From Candidatus Velthaea sp. (lineage in GTDB: Bacteria; Vulcanimicrobiota; Vulcanimicrobiia; Vulcanimicrobiales; Vulcanimicrobiaceae), in contig CBDCCS010000001.1 in NCBI GenBank assembly GCA_965214935.1, forward strand, positions 96,001-160,000: a stretch of DNA of 64,000 bases. Direction: 5' to 3'. The position numbers and the translations under genes are program-made. Numbering within the stretch: the stretch's first letter is position 1; each line of letters starts with the position of its first letter. Positions 39,796-49,000 of the stretch are shown here, one piece after another. The notes beneath the pieces are model-generated. The model saw nothing but the letters and a program-made list of their open reading frames with translations. It was not told the DNA's origin and ran no database searches.

Positions 39796-40170
39796 TTAAT
39801 GAATGCGAATGGGAAAGTACTCCTTGACCTCGACGCCGTCGATCGAGCGGGCGATGATTTGCAGCGTCCAGCCATGCCGCAGCCAAGGCGGCAGCCACCA
39901 TGGGATCGTGTACGCCAGCGAAAATTTACCCGGTCCGTCCTGATGCATGGGTGAGTTCCGGTATTGCACGCGCGCCTCGACGTAGCCGACGTTCGTAGAG
40001 GTCGTGACCGTGCCGCGGATCGTCTGGCCGGCGTGAAAGTCGCGATCGGCCGGTAAGTCGATCGCGAGAATCTTTGGTAAGCCATGCACGGGCACCGGAC
40101 TTGCAGGCCGATCGGACGCAGCGAAAGAGCCGTTTGTCAGCATAAAGCTAAACACTGCGGCGAGGGCCAA
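39796..40170 (-). CDS. Small secreted hypothetical protein (domain shared with the C-terminus of the 43528 protein)
   Basis: TSTNVGYVEAR..GPGKFSLAYTIP matches TSPNVVGVEAR..SPGLFSLSYTLP. Start estimated at TTG. Confidence 0.6.
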   Translation of the reverse strand: MALAAVFSFMLTNGSFAASDRPASPVPVHGLPKILAIDLPADRDFHAGQTIRGTVTTSTNVGYVEARVQYRNSPMHQDGPGKFSLAYTIPWWLPPWLRHGWTLQIIARSIDGVEVKEYFPIRIH

Positions 40171-40198
40171 TCGAGTGACCGTAAAGAAAAAGCGGCAC

Positions 40199-41227
40199 GT
40201 GAACCATACTACCCCGTCCGCGCTCGTAATCCGCCGCGACCGGGCCGTCACCTTGAGCATCGTGATCCCGCTCTTCAATGAAGCTGGAAACGTGAGCGAG
40301 TTGTTGCGCCGGGTGACGGCGGTCGTACGCACGTTGCCGTATCCGCCGCTGGATTACGAAGTCATCTGCGTCGATGACGGCAGCCGCGACGCCACGCGCG
40401 AAATGCTCGTGCGTGCCGCGCAGCTCGATCCGCACGTTCGGGTGCTGGCGTTGTCGCGAAATTTCGGGCATCAAATTGCCGCCACTGCGGGCCTCGACGC
40501 GGCAAACGGCGACGCCGTCGTTCTCATGGACGGCGATTTGCAAGATCCGCCCGAATTAATCGCTCAATTTCTCGATCGCTACCAAGCCGGCTACGACGTC
40601 GTCTTCGCGACCCGGCGTCGCCGCAGCGGTGAAAGCCGCTTCAAAATTCTGACCGCCGCGGTGTTTTACCGCGTCGTGCGCCGGCTGACGAACGTTTCGA
40701 TACCCGTCGATACCGGCGACTTTCGTTTGATGAGCCGGCGGGTGGTCGACGCATTGCGCCAAACACGCGAGCGTCACCGCTTCATTCGCGGGCTCGTCAG
40801 CTGGGTCGGCTACAATCAAACCGGCGTGGAATACGATCGCGACGCGCGTTTTTCCGGCGAGACGAAATACCCGTTTTCGAAGATGCTCAAATTTGCCGTC
40901 GACGGAATCACGGCGTTTAGCGAAATCCCGCTGCGCTTCGCGTCGTATCTCGGCTTTATGACGAGCACGTTCGCATTTCTCTACGCGGTCGTAATTCTCG
41001 CGCTTAAATTTTTGCATTACAACGAGCCGGGCTATACGTCGACGATTCTCACCGTGCTATTTTTAGGCGGCGTTCAGTTGATCGGCATCGGAATATTAGG
41101 CGAATACGTCGGCCGAATTTACGATGAGATCAAAGCCCGGCCGCTTTACCTCGTCGCCGACAACGTCGGCAGCGGATTAAGCGCGGTGCCTAGTTCGCTG
41201 CCGAGCAGCGTGCCGGTGAGTAGATAA
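40199..41227 (+). CDS. GtrB/YkcC-like bactoprenol glycosyltransferase (GT2 plus 2 TM)
   Basis: LSRNFGHQIA, MDGDLQDPPE, TGDFRLMSR, GEYVGRIY..K.RPLY. Start 40199 or 40175. Confidence 0.9.
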   Translation: MNHTTPSALVIRRDRAVTLSIVIPLFNEAGNVSELLRRVTAVVRTLPYPPLDYEVICVDDGSRDATREMLVRAAQLDPHVRVLALSRNFGHQIAATAGLDAANGDAVVLMDGDLQDPPELIAQFLDRYQAGYDVVFATRRRRSGESRFKILTAAVFYRVVRRLTNVSIPVDTGDFRLMSRRVVDALRQTRERHRFIRGLVSWVGYNQTGVEYDRDARFSGETKYPFSKMLKFAVDGITAFSEIPLRFASYLGFMTSTFAFLYAVVILALKFLHYNEPGYTSTILTVLFLGGVQLIGIGILGEYVGRIYDEIKARPLYLVADNVGSGLSAVPSSLPSSVPVSR

Positions 41228-42189
41228 TTGCGTACGTAGTCATGCACGGCATCTTCGAGCGAAGTGATGGGCGCGTCGTAGCCGGCGGCGCGGATCCGCT
41301 CGATCGTCGCTTGGGTATGGTACTGGTATTTCTCGCGTAATTGTTCGGGCATCGGAATGTACTGAATTTGCGGCGGCCGTTCGAGTGCGGCAAACATCGC
41401 GTATGCGACGTCGTTCCACGTCCGGGCGACACCCGCACCGACGTTGTACAGACCGCGCGCTCGCGGCGAGCGGCCCAGAAACGACGTCATTGCGACGGCA
41501 TCTTTAACGTACAGAAAATCGCGAGTTTGTTCACCGTTGCGCACGCCGCTGCGATGGCTGGCGAAGAGTTGCATCGTGCCGTCGCGGGCGATTTGTCCGA
41601 ATGATTTTGCGACTACGCTCCGCATGTCGGCTTTGTGATCTTCGTTCGGACCGAAGACATTGAAATACTTAATGCCGACGGCGCGTTCGAGCACGCCTTC
41701 GCGGCGCGCCCACAGGTCGAAAAGATGCTTTGAATAGCCGTACATGTTGAGCGGCCGCAACGCGTTCGGATCGAGATCTTCGCGCAAGCCGGTTTCACGC
41801 GCACCATAGGTTGCAGCGGACGAGGCATAGACGAACCGGGCGTCGCGTGCCAGCGCCCAGCGTGCAAGATCCTGCGATACGCCGACGTTGTTACGCACGA
41901 GATAGGCCGCATCACGCTCGGTCGTCGCCGAACAGGCACCTAGATGGTATACCGTAGAAATCGGCCCGAAGGCTTCGGGCTCGCGCGCAATCCGGCCGTA
42001 AAAATCGTCGGCTTCGAGGTAATCGCTAAAACGCAACGCAACGAGGTGCCGCCACTTCTCGCTCGTGCCAAGCCGGTCGACGACGATTGCGTCCTCGATG
42101 CCTTCACGGTTAAGCTGCCACACGAGTGCGCTGCCGATGAGACCGGCCGCGCCGGTTACGACGGTGCGGCCACGGTTCGTACCGTTCAT
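41146..42189 (-). CDS. hldD: ADP-L-glycero-D-manno-heptose 6-epimerase
   Basis: TGAAGLIGS, HLGACSATTE, YASSAATYG, PLNMYGYSK, YFNVFGPNEDHK..MRSV, YQYHTQA. Confidence 0.9.
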   Translation of the reverse strand: MNGTNRGRTVVTGAAGLIGSALVWQLNREGIEDAIVVDRLGTSEKWRHLVALRFSDYLEADDFYGRIAREPEAFGPISTVYHLGACSATTERDAAYLVRNNVGVSQDLARWALARDARFVYASSAATYGARETGLREDLDPNALRPLNMYGYSKHLFDLWARREGVLERAVGIKYFNVFGPNEDHKADMRSVVAKSFGQIARDGTMQLFASHRSGVRNGEQTRDFLYVKDAVAMTSFLGRSPRARGLYNVGAGVARTWNDVAYAMFAALERPPQIQYIPMPEQLREKYQYHTQATIERIRAAGYDAPITSLEDAVHDYVRNYLLTGTLLGSELGTALNPLPTLSATR

Positions 42190-43484
42190 TGACCGGTTGA
42201 CTTCGACGGCGGCGCGAGACTGGCATCCCGAACAACTGCCTCGACAAGCGAACGTTCGGGCGGCGGTGCGTCGGCCAGCACGAACGCCGAATCGACCTCG
42301 TCACGGACGGCATCGCCGGCGATCTCAGCCAGCACGTCGCCGCGACGGACACGCGTCCCGAGCGGGAGAATGGCGCGGATACCCGCGAACGGGCCTGACC
42401 GGCCGACCAAATCGCGGGCGGCTTCACCCAGTGCGACGGTTTCAATACCGGCGATGTATCCGTCACGCGCCGCGACAACCGGCGTTCGCGGCTCCGCCGG
42501 CGCCATCGTCGCAATCGACGCGCGCCGGCCGCCTTGCGCTTCGAGCAGCGCAATGAACGTTGCGAATGCAGCGCCGCCGCGCAACGCCTCCTCAACCCGG
42601 CCGCCGATCTGCTCTTCGGGCACACCGCCGACGCGCAACATCTCTTGGGCAACGAGCACCGTCAATCGACCGAATCGGGTCCCGGTCTGCGGTGCGGCGA
42701 GGAAGTCGCGCGCTTCGATCGCCTCGATCCCGCTGCCGATGGCTGCCGCCAAGGGCTGATGCATATCCGTGACGACGGCGGCGGCGCGCCGGCCGCTGCG
42801 TTCGGCCAGGCCGACCATCGTCGTTGCCAAACTCACGGCGTCTGTGCGCGTGCGCATGAAAGCACCGTCGCCTGTTTTCACATCGAAAACGATCGCGCCG
42901 GCGCCCCCCGCGATCTTCTTCGATACGATCGAAGCGGCGATCAGGCCGATGCTCGGGACGCTGCCGGTCCGATCGCGCAAGGCATACAGCCGTTTGTCGG
43001 CCGGAACCAGGCGTTCGGATTGCGCCGCGATCGCACATCCGATCCGTTCGATCTGCGCGCTGAAATCGAACGCCGAGAGATACGTGCGCACGCCGGGAAC
43101 GGCTTCGAGTTTATCGAGCGTGCCGCCGGTATGTCCGAGGGCGCGCCCGGAGAGTTTCGCGACCGGAACGCCGCAGGCGGCAACGAGTGGTACGACCACG
43201 AGCGAGATGGTATCGCCGACGCCGCCGCTGGAATGTTTGTCGACCACGATGCGGCCGGCGGGGAACCGGAGCACGTCGCCCGATGCAACCATCGCATCGG
43301 TCAACGCTGAGATTTCAGCGCCGGCCAGTCCACGAATCGTGCACGCCATCAGTAGCGCCGCAACCGGTGCGTCGTCGATCGTGCCGTCGACGTAGCCGCC
43401 GATGATGCGTTGCCAGAGCGCCGGCTCGATGACCCCGCCGTCACGTTTGGTCTCGATCGCCCGCCGTAGCCACCCGACATCCAT
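42186..43484 (-). CDS. pdp: Pyrimidine-nucleoside (thymidine) phosphorylase
   Basis: KRDG, DKHSSGGVGD, SGRALGHTGGTLDKLE, PADKRLYALRD, SIVSKK, DVKTGDGAF. Confidence 0.93.
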   Translation of the reverse strand: MDVGWLRRAIETKRDGGVIEPALWQRIIGGYVDGTIDDAPVAALLMACTIRGLAGAEISALTDAMVASGDVLRFPAGRIVVDKHSSGGVGDTISLVVVPLVAACGVPVAKLSGRALGHTGGTLDKLEAVPGVRTYLSAFDFSAQIERIGCAIAAQSERLVPADKRLYALRDRTGSVPSIGLIAASIVSKKIAGGAGAIVFDVKTGDGAFMRTRTDAVSLATTMVGLAERSGRRAAAVVTDMHQPLAAAIGSGIEAIEARDFLAAPQTGTRFGRLTVLVAQEMLRVGGVPEEQIGGRVEEALRGGAAFATFIALLEAQGGRRASIATMAPAEPRTPVVAARDGYIAGIETVALGEAARDLVGRSGPFAGIRAILPLGTRVRRGDVLAEIAGDAVRDEVDSAFVLADAPPPERSLVEAVVRDASLAPPSKSTGQ

Positions 43485-43527
43485 CGTCGGCGTGGGTTTG
43501 CGACCGCGCAGCGAGAAGCCCGCCCGA

Positions 43528-45402
43528 GTGCTGTGGGCGATTTATACGCTCGGGTGGCTGCCCGCGCTTGTTTCCGCAGCAGCGTCAGGCAGTGGCTATC
43601 AGACGGCTTTGTCGGGCGCCGGCGAGCGAGGACTTCACGCCGCGGTGGGACTCGCCGCATCCTTGCTGCTGGTCACGGGCGGCTACTTTGCGGCGTTACG
43701 GCGGCCGCCCGGACCGTATGCGATCGGCGGAGTCGTCTTTGCCGCGCTCGCGGTTTTGATGGCGATGCCCGTGCTGTTTTCCGCCGATGTTTACGCGTAT
43801 GCATACTACGGCGATCTCGCAGTGCACGGTTACTCGCCCTACGGTCATACGCCGGTGCTCGACGACCGGCTCGCGCGTGCAGCAAGCGCCGCTTGGAACG
43901 GACACATTCCGCCGCGCTGCGTCTACGGGCCGCTGGCCGTTGCCGTCGCTGCCCTAGCCGATGTCGCGGGTGCACCCGCGAACGTCGCAGGTCAGATCCT
44001 GGCGCAACGCCTCGCCGCCGTTGCCGCCTTTGCGGCCGGCGCGGTGTTGCTGCTGCGGCTCGTTCCCGACGGTCGCGCACGGGCCGCTTTGTTGCTTAAT
44101 CCGGTGGTTCTGTGGAGCGTCAGCGAAGGGCATAACGACGCCTTGGCGCTGTCGCTTGTCGCTGCCGGACTCGTCGCGGTCGGGCGTCGCGTGTCCTTGG
44201 CGACGGCGGCAGCACTCGTCAAGTTACCCGCACTTCTGTTCCTGCCGGCACGGCGCTCGCCGGCCGTCGGCATTGCGGTCGCCGTAAGCATCGCCGGATA
44301 TCTTCCGCTGGCGTTCGCTTTAATTGCCGACGGCACGTCTGCCCCGGCCGCCCCGGTTGCCGCCTGGCAGTCACCACTAGGCTTGCTCGCAGCGCTGCTC
44401 GGTCGCCCGGCAGCCGTCGTCCTAGCAGGCGCCACCGGTGCAGCCTTCGTTTGGTTCAGCGCCGTGCGCTACGGGCCGGTCGAGCGTAGCGCAGCGATCG
44501 CCCTGAGCGTCTGGCTCGCCTTGCCCAACGCCTATCCGTGGTACGCTTTGTGGTTCGTTCCGTTCGCAATTCGGCAACTTGGTTCGATCTGGTCGGGCGG
44601 CTTGATCGTCGCATCGCTGACCGGTGCGTCGCGCGCCATGCTCGACGGAATTTTTCCAGCCGCAAGCACGTTCGGTTCGGCTCGTACGTTTCATACCTGG
44701 ATGATCGCGCTCGAGTATCTCCCGCCGCTAATTTTTGTCGCCCTCCTGGCGGCGCGGCGCCCGGCGCGCGTTATCGCGCTGATTGTTGCGATCGGCGCTG
44801 CATCGAGCATGATGCTCGGCGCATCGGCAGCCGGCAGGCAAAACACCGCGAGCCCGCAGCCGGTGCCGATGGTCACCCCCGCCGGCGCAACGACGCCGCT
44901 CGCAACGTCGATGCCGCCGGCACCACCGGCCCCGCAGCCGCCGCCGACACCCGCGCCCGCGACGCTCCCCAGCGCGTCTTCTTCGCCGGTACCGGTTGCG
45001 ACAACGACCCCCTCACCGGTCGCCGTTCCGCCCCTTCCGGTCCCGCCGACGCCGACGCCGGCGCCCTACAACTACGTCATAACGCCGACGCCGGTCCCCG
45101 TTACGAGGCCCGACGGCCCGCACATTATCGAAGTGCTACTGAACGATCGTCAGATCCGCATCGGCGGGCCGCTCAACGTCCGGGTTTTCACCTCGCCCAA
45201 CGTCGTCGGAGTCGAAGCCCGTGCGCTCGGCCGATTCATCGCGATCCCGCAAAGCAGCCCCGGACTCTTTTCGCTCTCGTATACACTACCGGGCGGCATA
45301 CCATTTTGGCTGCTCAACCGTAACTACGACATCGTCATCGCCGCGGCGACCGCGGACGGCCGCCAGACGTCGGTATCGTTCCCGATGATTCTCACCCGCT
45401 AG
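43528..45402 (+). CDS. MptA/MptB-like polyprenol-phosphomannose-dependent GT-C fused to a Pro-rich linker and C-terminal Ig-like domain
   Basis: FSADVYAY, VYGPL, LLNP..EGHND, LVK, YPWYALW. Start estimated at GTG 43528. Confidence 0.7.
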   Translation: MLWAIYTLGWLPALVSAAASGSGYQTALSGAGERGLHAAVGLAASLLLVTGGYFAALRRPPGPYAIGGVVFAALAVLMAMPVLFSADVYAYAYYGDLAVHGYSPYGHTPVLDDRLARAASAAWNGHIPPRCVYGPLAVAVAALADVAGAPANVAGQILAQRLAAVAAFAAGAVLLLRLVPDGRARAALLLNPVVLWSVSEGHNDALALSLVAAGLVAVGRRVSLATAAALVKLPALLFLPARRSPAVGIAVAVSIAGYLPLAFALIADGTSAPAAPVAAWQSPLGLLAALLGRPAAVVLAGATGAAFVWFSAVRYGPVERSAAIALSVWLALPNAYPWYALWFVPFAIRQLGSIWSGGLIVASLTGASRAMLDGIFPAASTFGSARTFHTWMIALEYLPPLIFVALLAARRPARVIALIVAIGAASSMMLGASAAGRQNTASPQPVPMVTPAGATTPLATSMPPAPPAPQPPPTPAPATLPSASSSPVPVATTTPSPVAVPPLPVPPTPTPAPYNYVITPTPVPVTRPDGPHIIEVLLNDRQIRIGGPLNVRVFTSPNVVGVEARALGRFIAIPQSSPGLFSLSYTLPGGIPFWLLNRNYDIVIAAATADGRQTSVSFPMILTR

Positions 45403-45409
45403 GACGAAT

Positions 45410-45438
45410 AGACCGGGCGCGTTTGCGCCCGGTCTTTA
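45410..45438. terminator. Intrinsic terminator between convergent genes
   Basis: AGACCGGGCGC-GTTT-GCGCCCGGTCT inverted repeat followed by TTA. Confidence 0.7.
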
Positions 45439-45461
45439 TGCATCGCTCGCGTGACCGGAGG

Positions 45462-45833
45462 TTAGTTGCCGGAGAAATTAACGGCGATCTTGCGCGGTTG
45501 CGCTTTCGGATGCGTATTGAGCGTCAAGGTAAGCAAGCCGAATTCGACTCTCGCACCGATCGTGTCGGCATCGATCTCTTCGGGAACCAGGAGCGCGCGG
45601 GTGAACGTGCGGCGGTCGCTTTTTCCGCTGATCGTTAGCACGCGGTCTTCAAGCGTGATATCGATGTGATCCGGACCGTAGCCGGGAACCGGCATTTCGA
45701 CCGAGTAGCCGTTGTCGGTTTTGGTGATGTCGAAACCGGCGCCGCTGGTCGCTGCTGCACGGAAAGGATCGAAGCCGAGGAAGTCGCCGAGAACGCGCCG
45801 TGAGGCGTCGGGGCGGACGAGTACGTTTGTCAT
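45462..45833 (-). CDS. Hsp20/alpha-crystallin small heat shock protein
   Basis: VPGY..IDITLEDRVLTISG, FTR..VPEEID, GLLTLTL, PRKIAV; GGAGG SD. Confidence 0.92.
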   Translation of the reverse strand: MTNVLVRPDASRRVLGDFLGFDPFRAAATSGAGFDITKTDNGYSVEMPVPGYGPDHIDITLEDRVLTISGKSDRRTFTRALLVPEEIDADTIGARVEFGLLTLTLNTHPKAQPRKIAVNFSGN

Positions 45834-45891
45834 GTAGATTGCCTCCATAAGGTCGCCGACCTAACCGGCCGGCCAAAACATTGACACCCAT

Positions 45892-45920
45892 ATTGTAGGG
45901 CATTTTGGCAGTCAGGTCAA
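45892..45920 (-). promoter_or_regulatory. Sigma70-type promoter of hsp20
   Basis: Minus-strand TTGACC-N17-TACAAT. Confidence 0.75.
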
Positions 45921-45931
45921 TACACTGCTAA
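45905..45931. promoter_or_regulatory. CIRCE-like HrcA operator
   Basis: TTGGCAGTC-N9-CACTGCTAA versus consensus TTAGCACTC-N9-GAGTGCTAA; overlaps the hsp20 -35; extra GTGCTAA half-site at 45934-45940. Confidence 0.75.
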
Positions 45932-46071
45932 CGGTGCTAACGATTGTTCCTGTGGTAAAATAGCGCCGATATTCGTCGGGACGTTTTCCCCTCATCATTG
46001 CTGAAAAGGCTCGAACCATCGCTACGCTCGCGTCCAGTCTCGTCCGTGCGCTGCCATCGAGCAGCCGGCCC

Positions 46072-49000
46072 TTGGCCGAACTCATCGAGCGTCTGCGCAC
46101 TCCGCTCCTCGCTCGCGGTCATGCCTTCAGTCTGCACGAAACGACTGCCGGCGCACGGCCTTACGTGCTGGCCGGATTGCATCGCGCACTCGGCGGCCAG
46201 ATCGTCGTGCTGGTGGCAACGACCGACGTCGCCGAACGGACGTTTACCGATCTGATCTACTTTCTGGGTGAGACGGAGGCGCAGTCTGTCGCCCTACTGC
46301 GGCCGCGCGATGAAAGCGTCGGCGCGCTGGAATCACCGTCCGAACGCAGCGCGCGCATGACTTTGCTCGCCGACCTCTGCGCCGGCAAAGCGCGGATCGT
46401 TATCGCTCCGGTTGCCGCCGTGCGGCAGTACGTGATGCCGTGCGCCGTGTTCGAGCGGAGCGCACTTCGACTTGAAGTCGGTGCCGAGATCGGCTGGGAT
46501 GCCATTCAGAGCCGGCTCTACCACCTTGGTTATTCGCGCGTCGATGTCGTCAGCGCCGCCGGTGAATACGCCGTGCGCGGCGGTTTGATCGACGTCTTTC
46601 CAGCCACGACCGACGCGCCGGTACGGCTTGAGTTCTTCGGCGACACGCTCGAGTCGATGCGTCCCTTCGAGTTACAGTCGCAGCGCAGCGACGGCAATAG
46701 TACGGATCTGACCGTCGTGCCGTGGCTCGAGATACCCCGTGAGGACGCGTACCGCGAACGCGTCCTCGCGCGCGCTACCGGCGAGGCCGGGGTTCTGTCG
46801 GCATTACGGGCCTATCTGGGGAGCGGTGCGGATGTCCCCGAACCGTGGTTGGCGCTGGCCTATGACGAGCCGGTCACGCTGTTCGATTACGTGGACGCCG
46901 AAGCACTCGTCGTGCTCGACGAACCGGGAATGCTCGATACCCTCGACCGCAGTTTGGAAGAGGAACGCTCGCGCGAAGCTCAGCTTCTGCTCGCGGGCGT
47001 CGACTCGGGCGAACTCGACGTGCGCACGAGCGAAGTCGGCGAAGCGCTGCTAGCCGAAGTTACGGCACCCTATCCGCGTTTGCACGACCTCTCGGCGGCG
47101 TTCGCCGTACGCCGCACGCTCATTCTCACGGGCGGGATCGAAGCCGGCGAGACGCCGTGGCTGCCGCCCAGCGCCCAATCCTTCGTCCTTGAAACGCGGC
47201 CGGCCGAGCATTTCAATCGGCGCGTCGAGCTGTTTGTCACGGCCGTCGCCGGCTGGGTCGCCGCGGGCGATACCGTGTGGCTGGTGGCGAACGGCGCGTC
47301 GCGGCTGGCCGAATTGCTGCGAGCGGCCGGGGTCAGCGTCGAACGCAGCGCCTCGATCGTGCATCTACGCGCGGTCGGCCCGTTCGGACGCGCCGCCGGA
47401 GATGGAGTCGCGCTCGGCGGCAACGGCAGCGTCTACGTTGATGCCGGCTCGATCGAGACGGGCTTTTCGATTCCGGGCCTCCGTCTGCACGTGTTGGGCG
47501 ATCGTGAGATTCACGGTCAGCCGGCGAAACGCGTCAAGTTACGTGCCGTCAAGGAAGGCGTACCGGTTACGCTGGCCGACCTGCGGGTCGGCGACTACGT
47601 CGTTCACGCCGTTCACGGTATCGGTCAATATCTCGGCTTGCGCACCGAAACGATTCTCGGCGCGACGAGCGACTATCTCGATCTCAAGTATGCCGGTACG
47701 GACCGCATGCTCGTCCCGGTGCACCAGATGCATCAAGTCACCAAGTACGGTGCGAACGAAGGCGCCGCGCCGAAGCTGAGCAGGATGGGTGGCGCGGACT
47801 GGGCGCGCACCAAAGGCCGCGTCTCGGAAGCGCTGGCGAAGATCGCCGACGGCCTCGTTGCGTTGTACGCCGAGCGCGAGATCGCCCAAGGCCACGCGTT
47901 CGGACCGGATTCGCCTTGGCAGGCCGAACTCGAAGAGGCGTTTCCGTACGAGCCGACGCCCGATCAAGCCAAAGCGATCGCCGATGCCAAAGCCGATATG
48001 GAGCGTCCGCGGCCGATGGACCGGCTGGTGTGCGGCGACGTCGGCTACGGCAAGACCGAAGTTGCGGTCCGCGCGATCTTTAAAGCAATCGCGGATAAAA
48101 AGCAAGTCGCCGTGCTCGTGCCGACGACGCTGCTGGCCTCGCAGCATTATCGCACGCTGACGAATCGCTTTGCCAGTTTTCCCGTCCGGATCGACGAGCT
48201 GTCGCGTTTTCGCACCAAGAAAGAGCAGCAGGCGACGCTTGCGGCGCTCGCCGCCGGCCAAGTCGACGTCGTGGTCGGCACGCACCGCATCTTGCAAAAA
48301 GATATCGTCTTTCGCGATCTGGGTCTCATCGTCGTCGATGAAGAGCAGCGCTTCGGCGTCATGCACAAAGAGCGGCTCAAGCAAATGCGCGCGACCGTCG
48401 ACGTGTTAACGTTGTCGGCGACACCGATCCCGCGCACGCTGCAAATGTCGCTCATGGGCGTGCGCGATCTGTCGCTCATTCAAACCGCGCCGAAGAACCG
48501 CATGTCGATCAAAACCGTCGTCGTCCCGGCGGCCGATTCGATCGTGCAGCGCGCAATCGTGAGCGAACTCGATCGCGGCGGCCAAATTTATTACGTGCAC
48601 AACCGGATCGAGTCGATCTATGCCGTCGCGCGCGCACTCGAACGGCTGGTTCCTAAAGCGCGTATTGCGGTCGGGCACGGCAAGATGACCGAAAGCGAAC
48701 TCGAGCCGGTCATGACGAAATTCATCGAAGGCGAAATCGACGTCTTCGTCTCGACGACGATCATTGAAAACGGGATCGACATTCCCAACGTCAACACGAT
48801 CATCGTCAACGACGCGGATAAGTTCGGCCTCGCGCAGCTCTATCAATTGCGCGGCCGGGTCGGCCGGTCGAACCATCAAGCCTATGCGTATCTGTTGTAT
48901 CAGGCGCACAAAGCGCTGAGCGAAGATGCCAAAGCGCGGCTTGAAGCGATTCGCGAATTTACGCATCTAGGTTCCGGACTGCAGATTGCCATGCGCGATC

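Noticed and set aside
40148..40215. Minus-strand GGGTAG-N10-GTG leading into a short ORF, hinting at a frameshift in the T-run of the 39796 gene
   Set aside because: An in-frame TTG at 40170 gives a plausible start without invoking a frameshift.
44850..45110. Repetitive-looking CCG-rich DNA (also ~38820-38990)
   Set aside because: Encodes Pro/Thr/Ala linkers; no exact repeat unit or CRISPR-like spacing.
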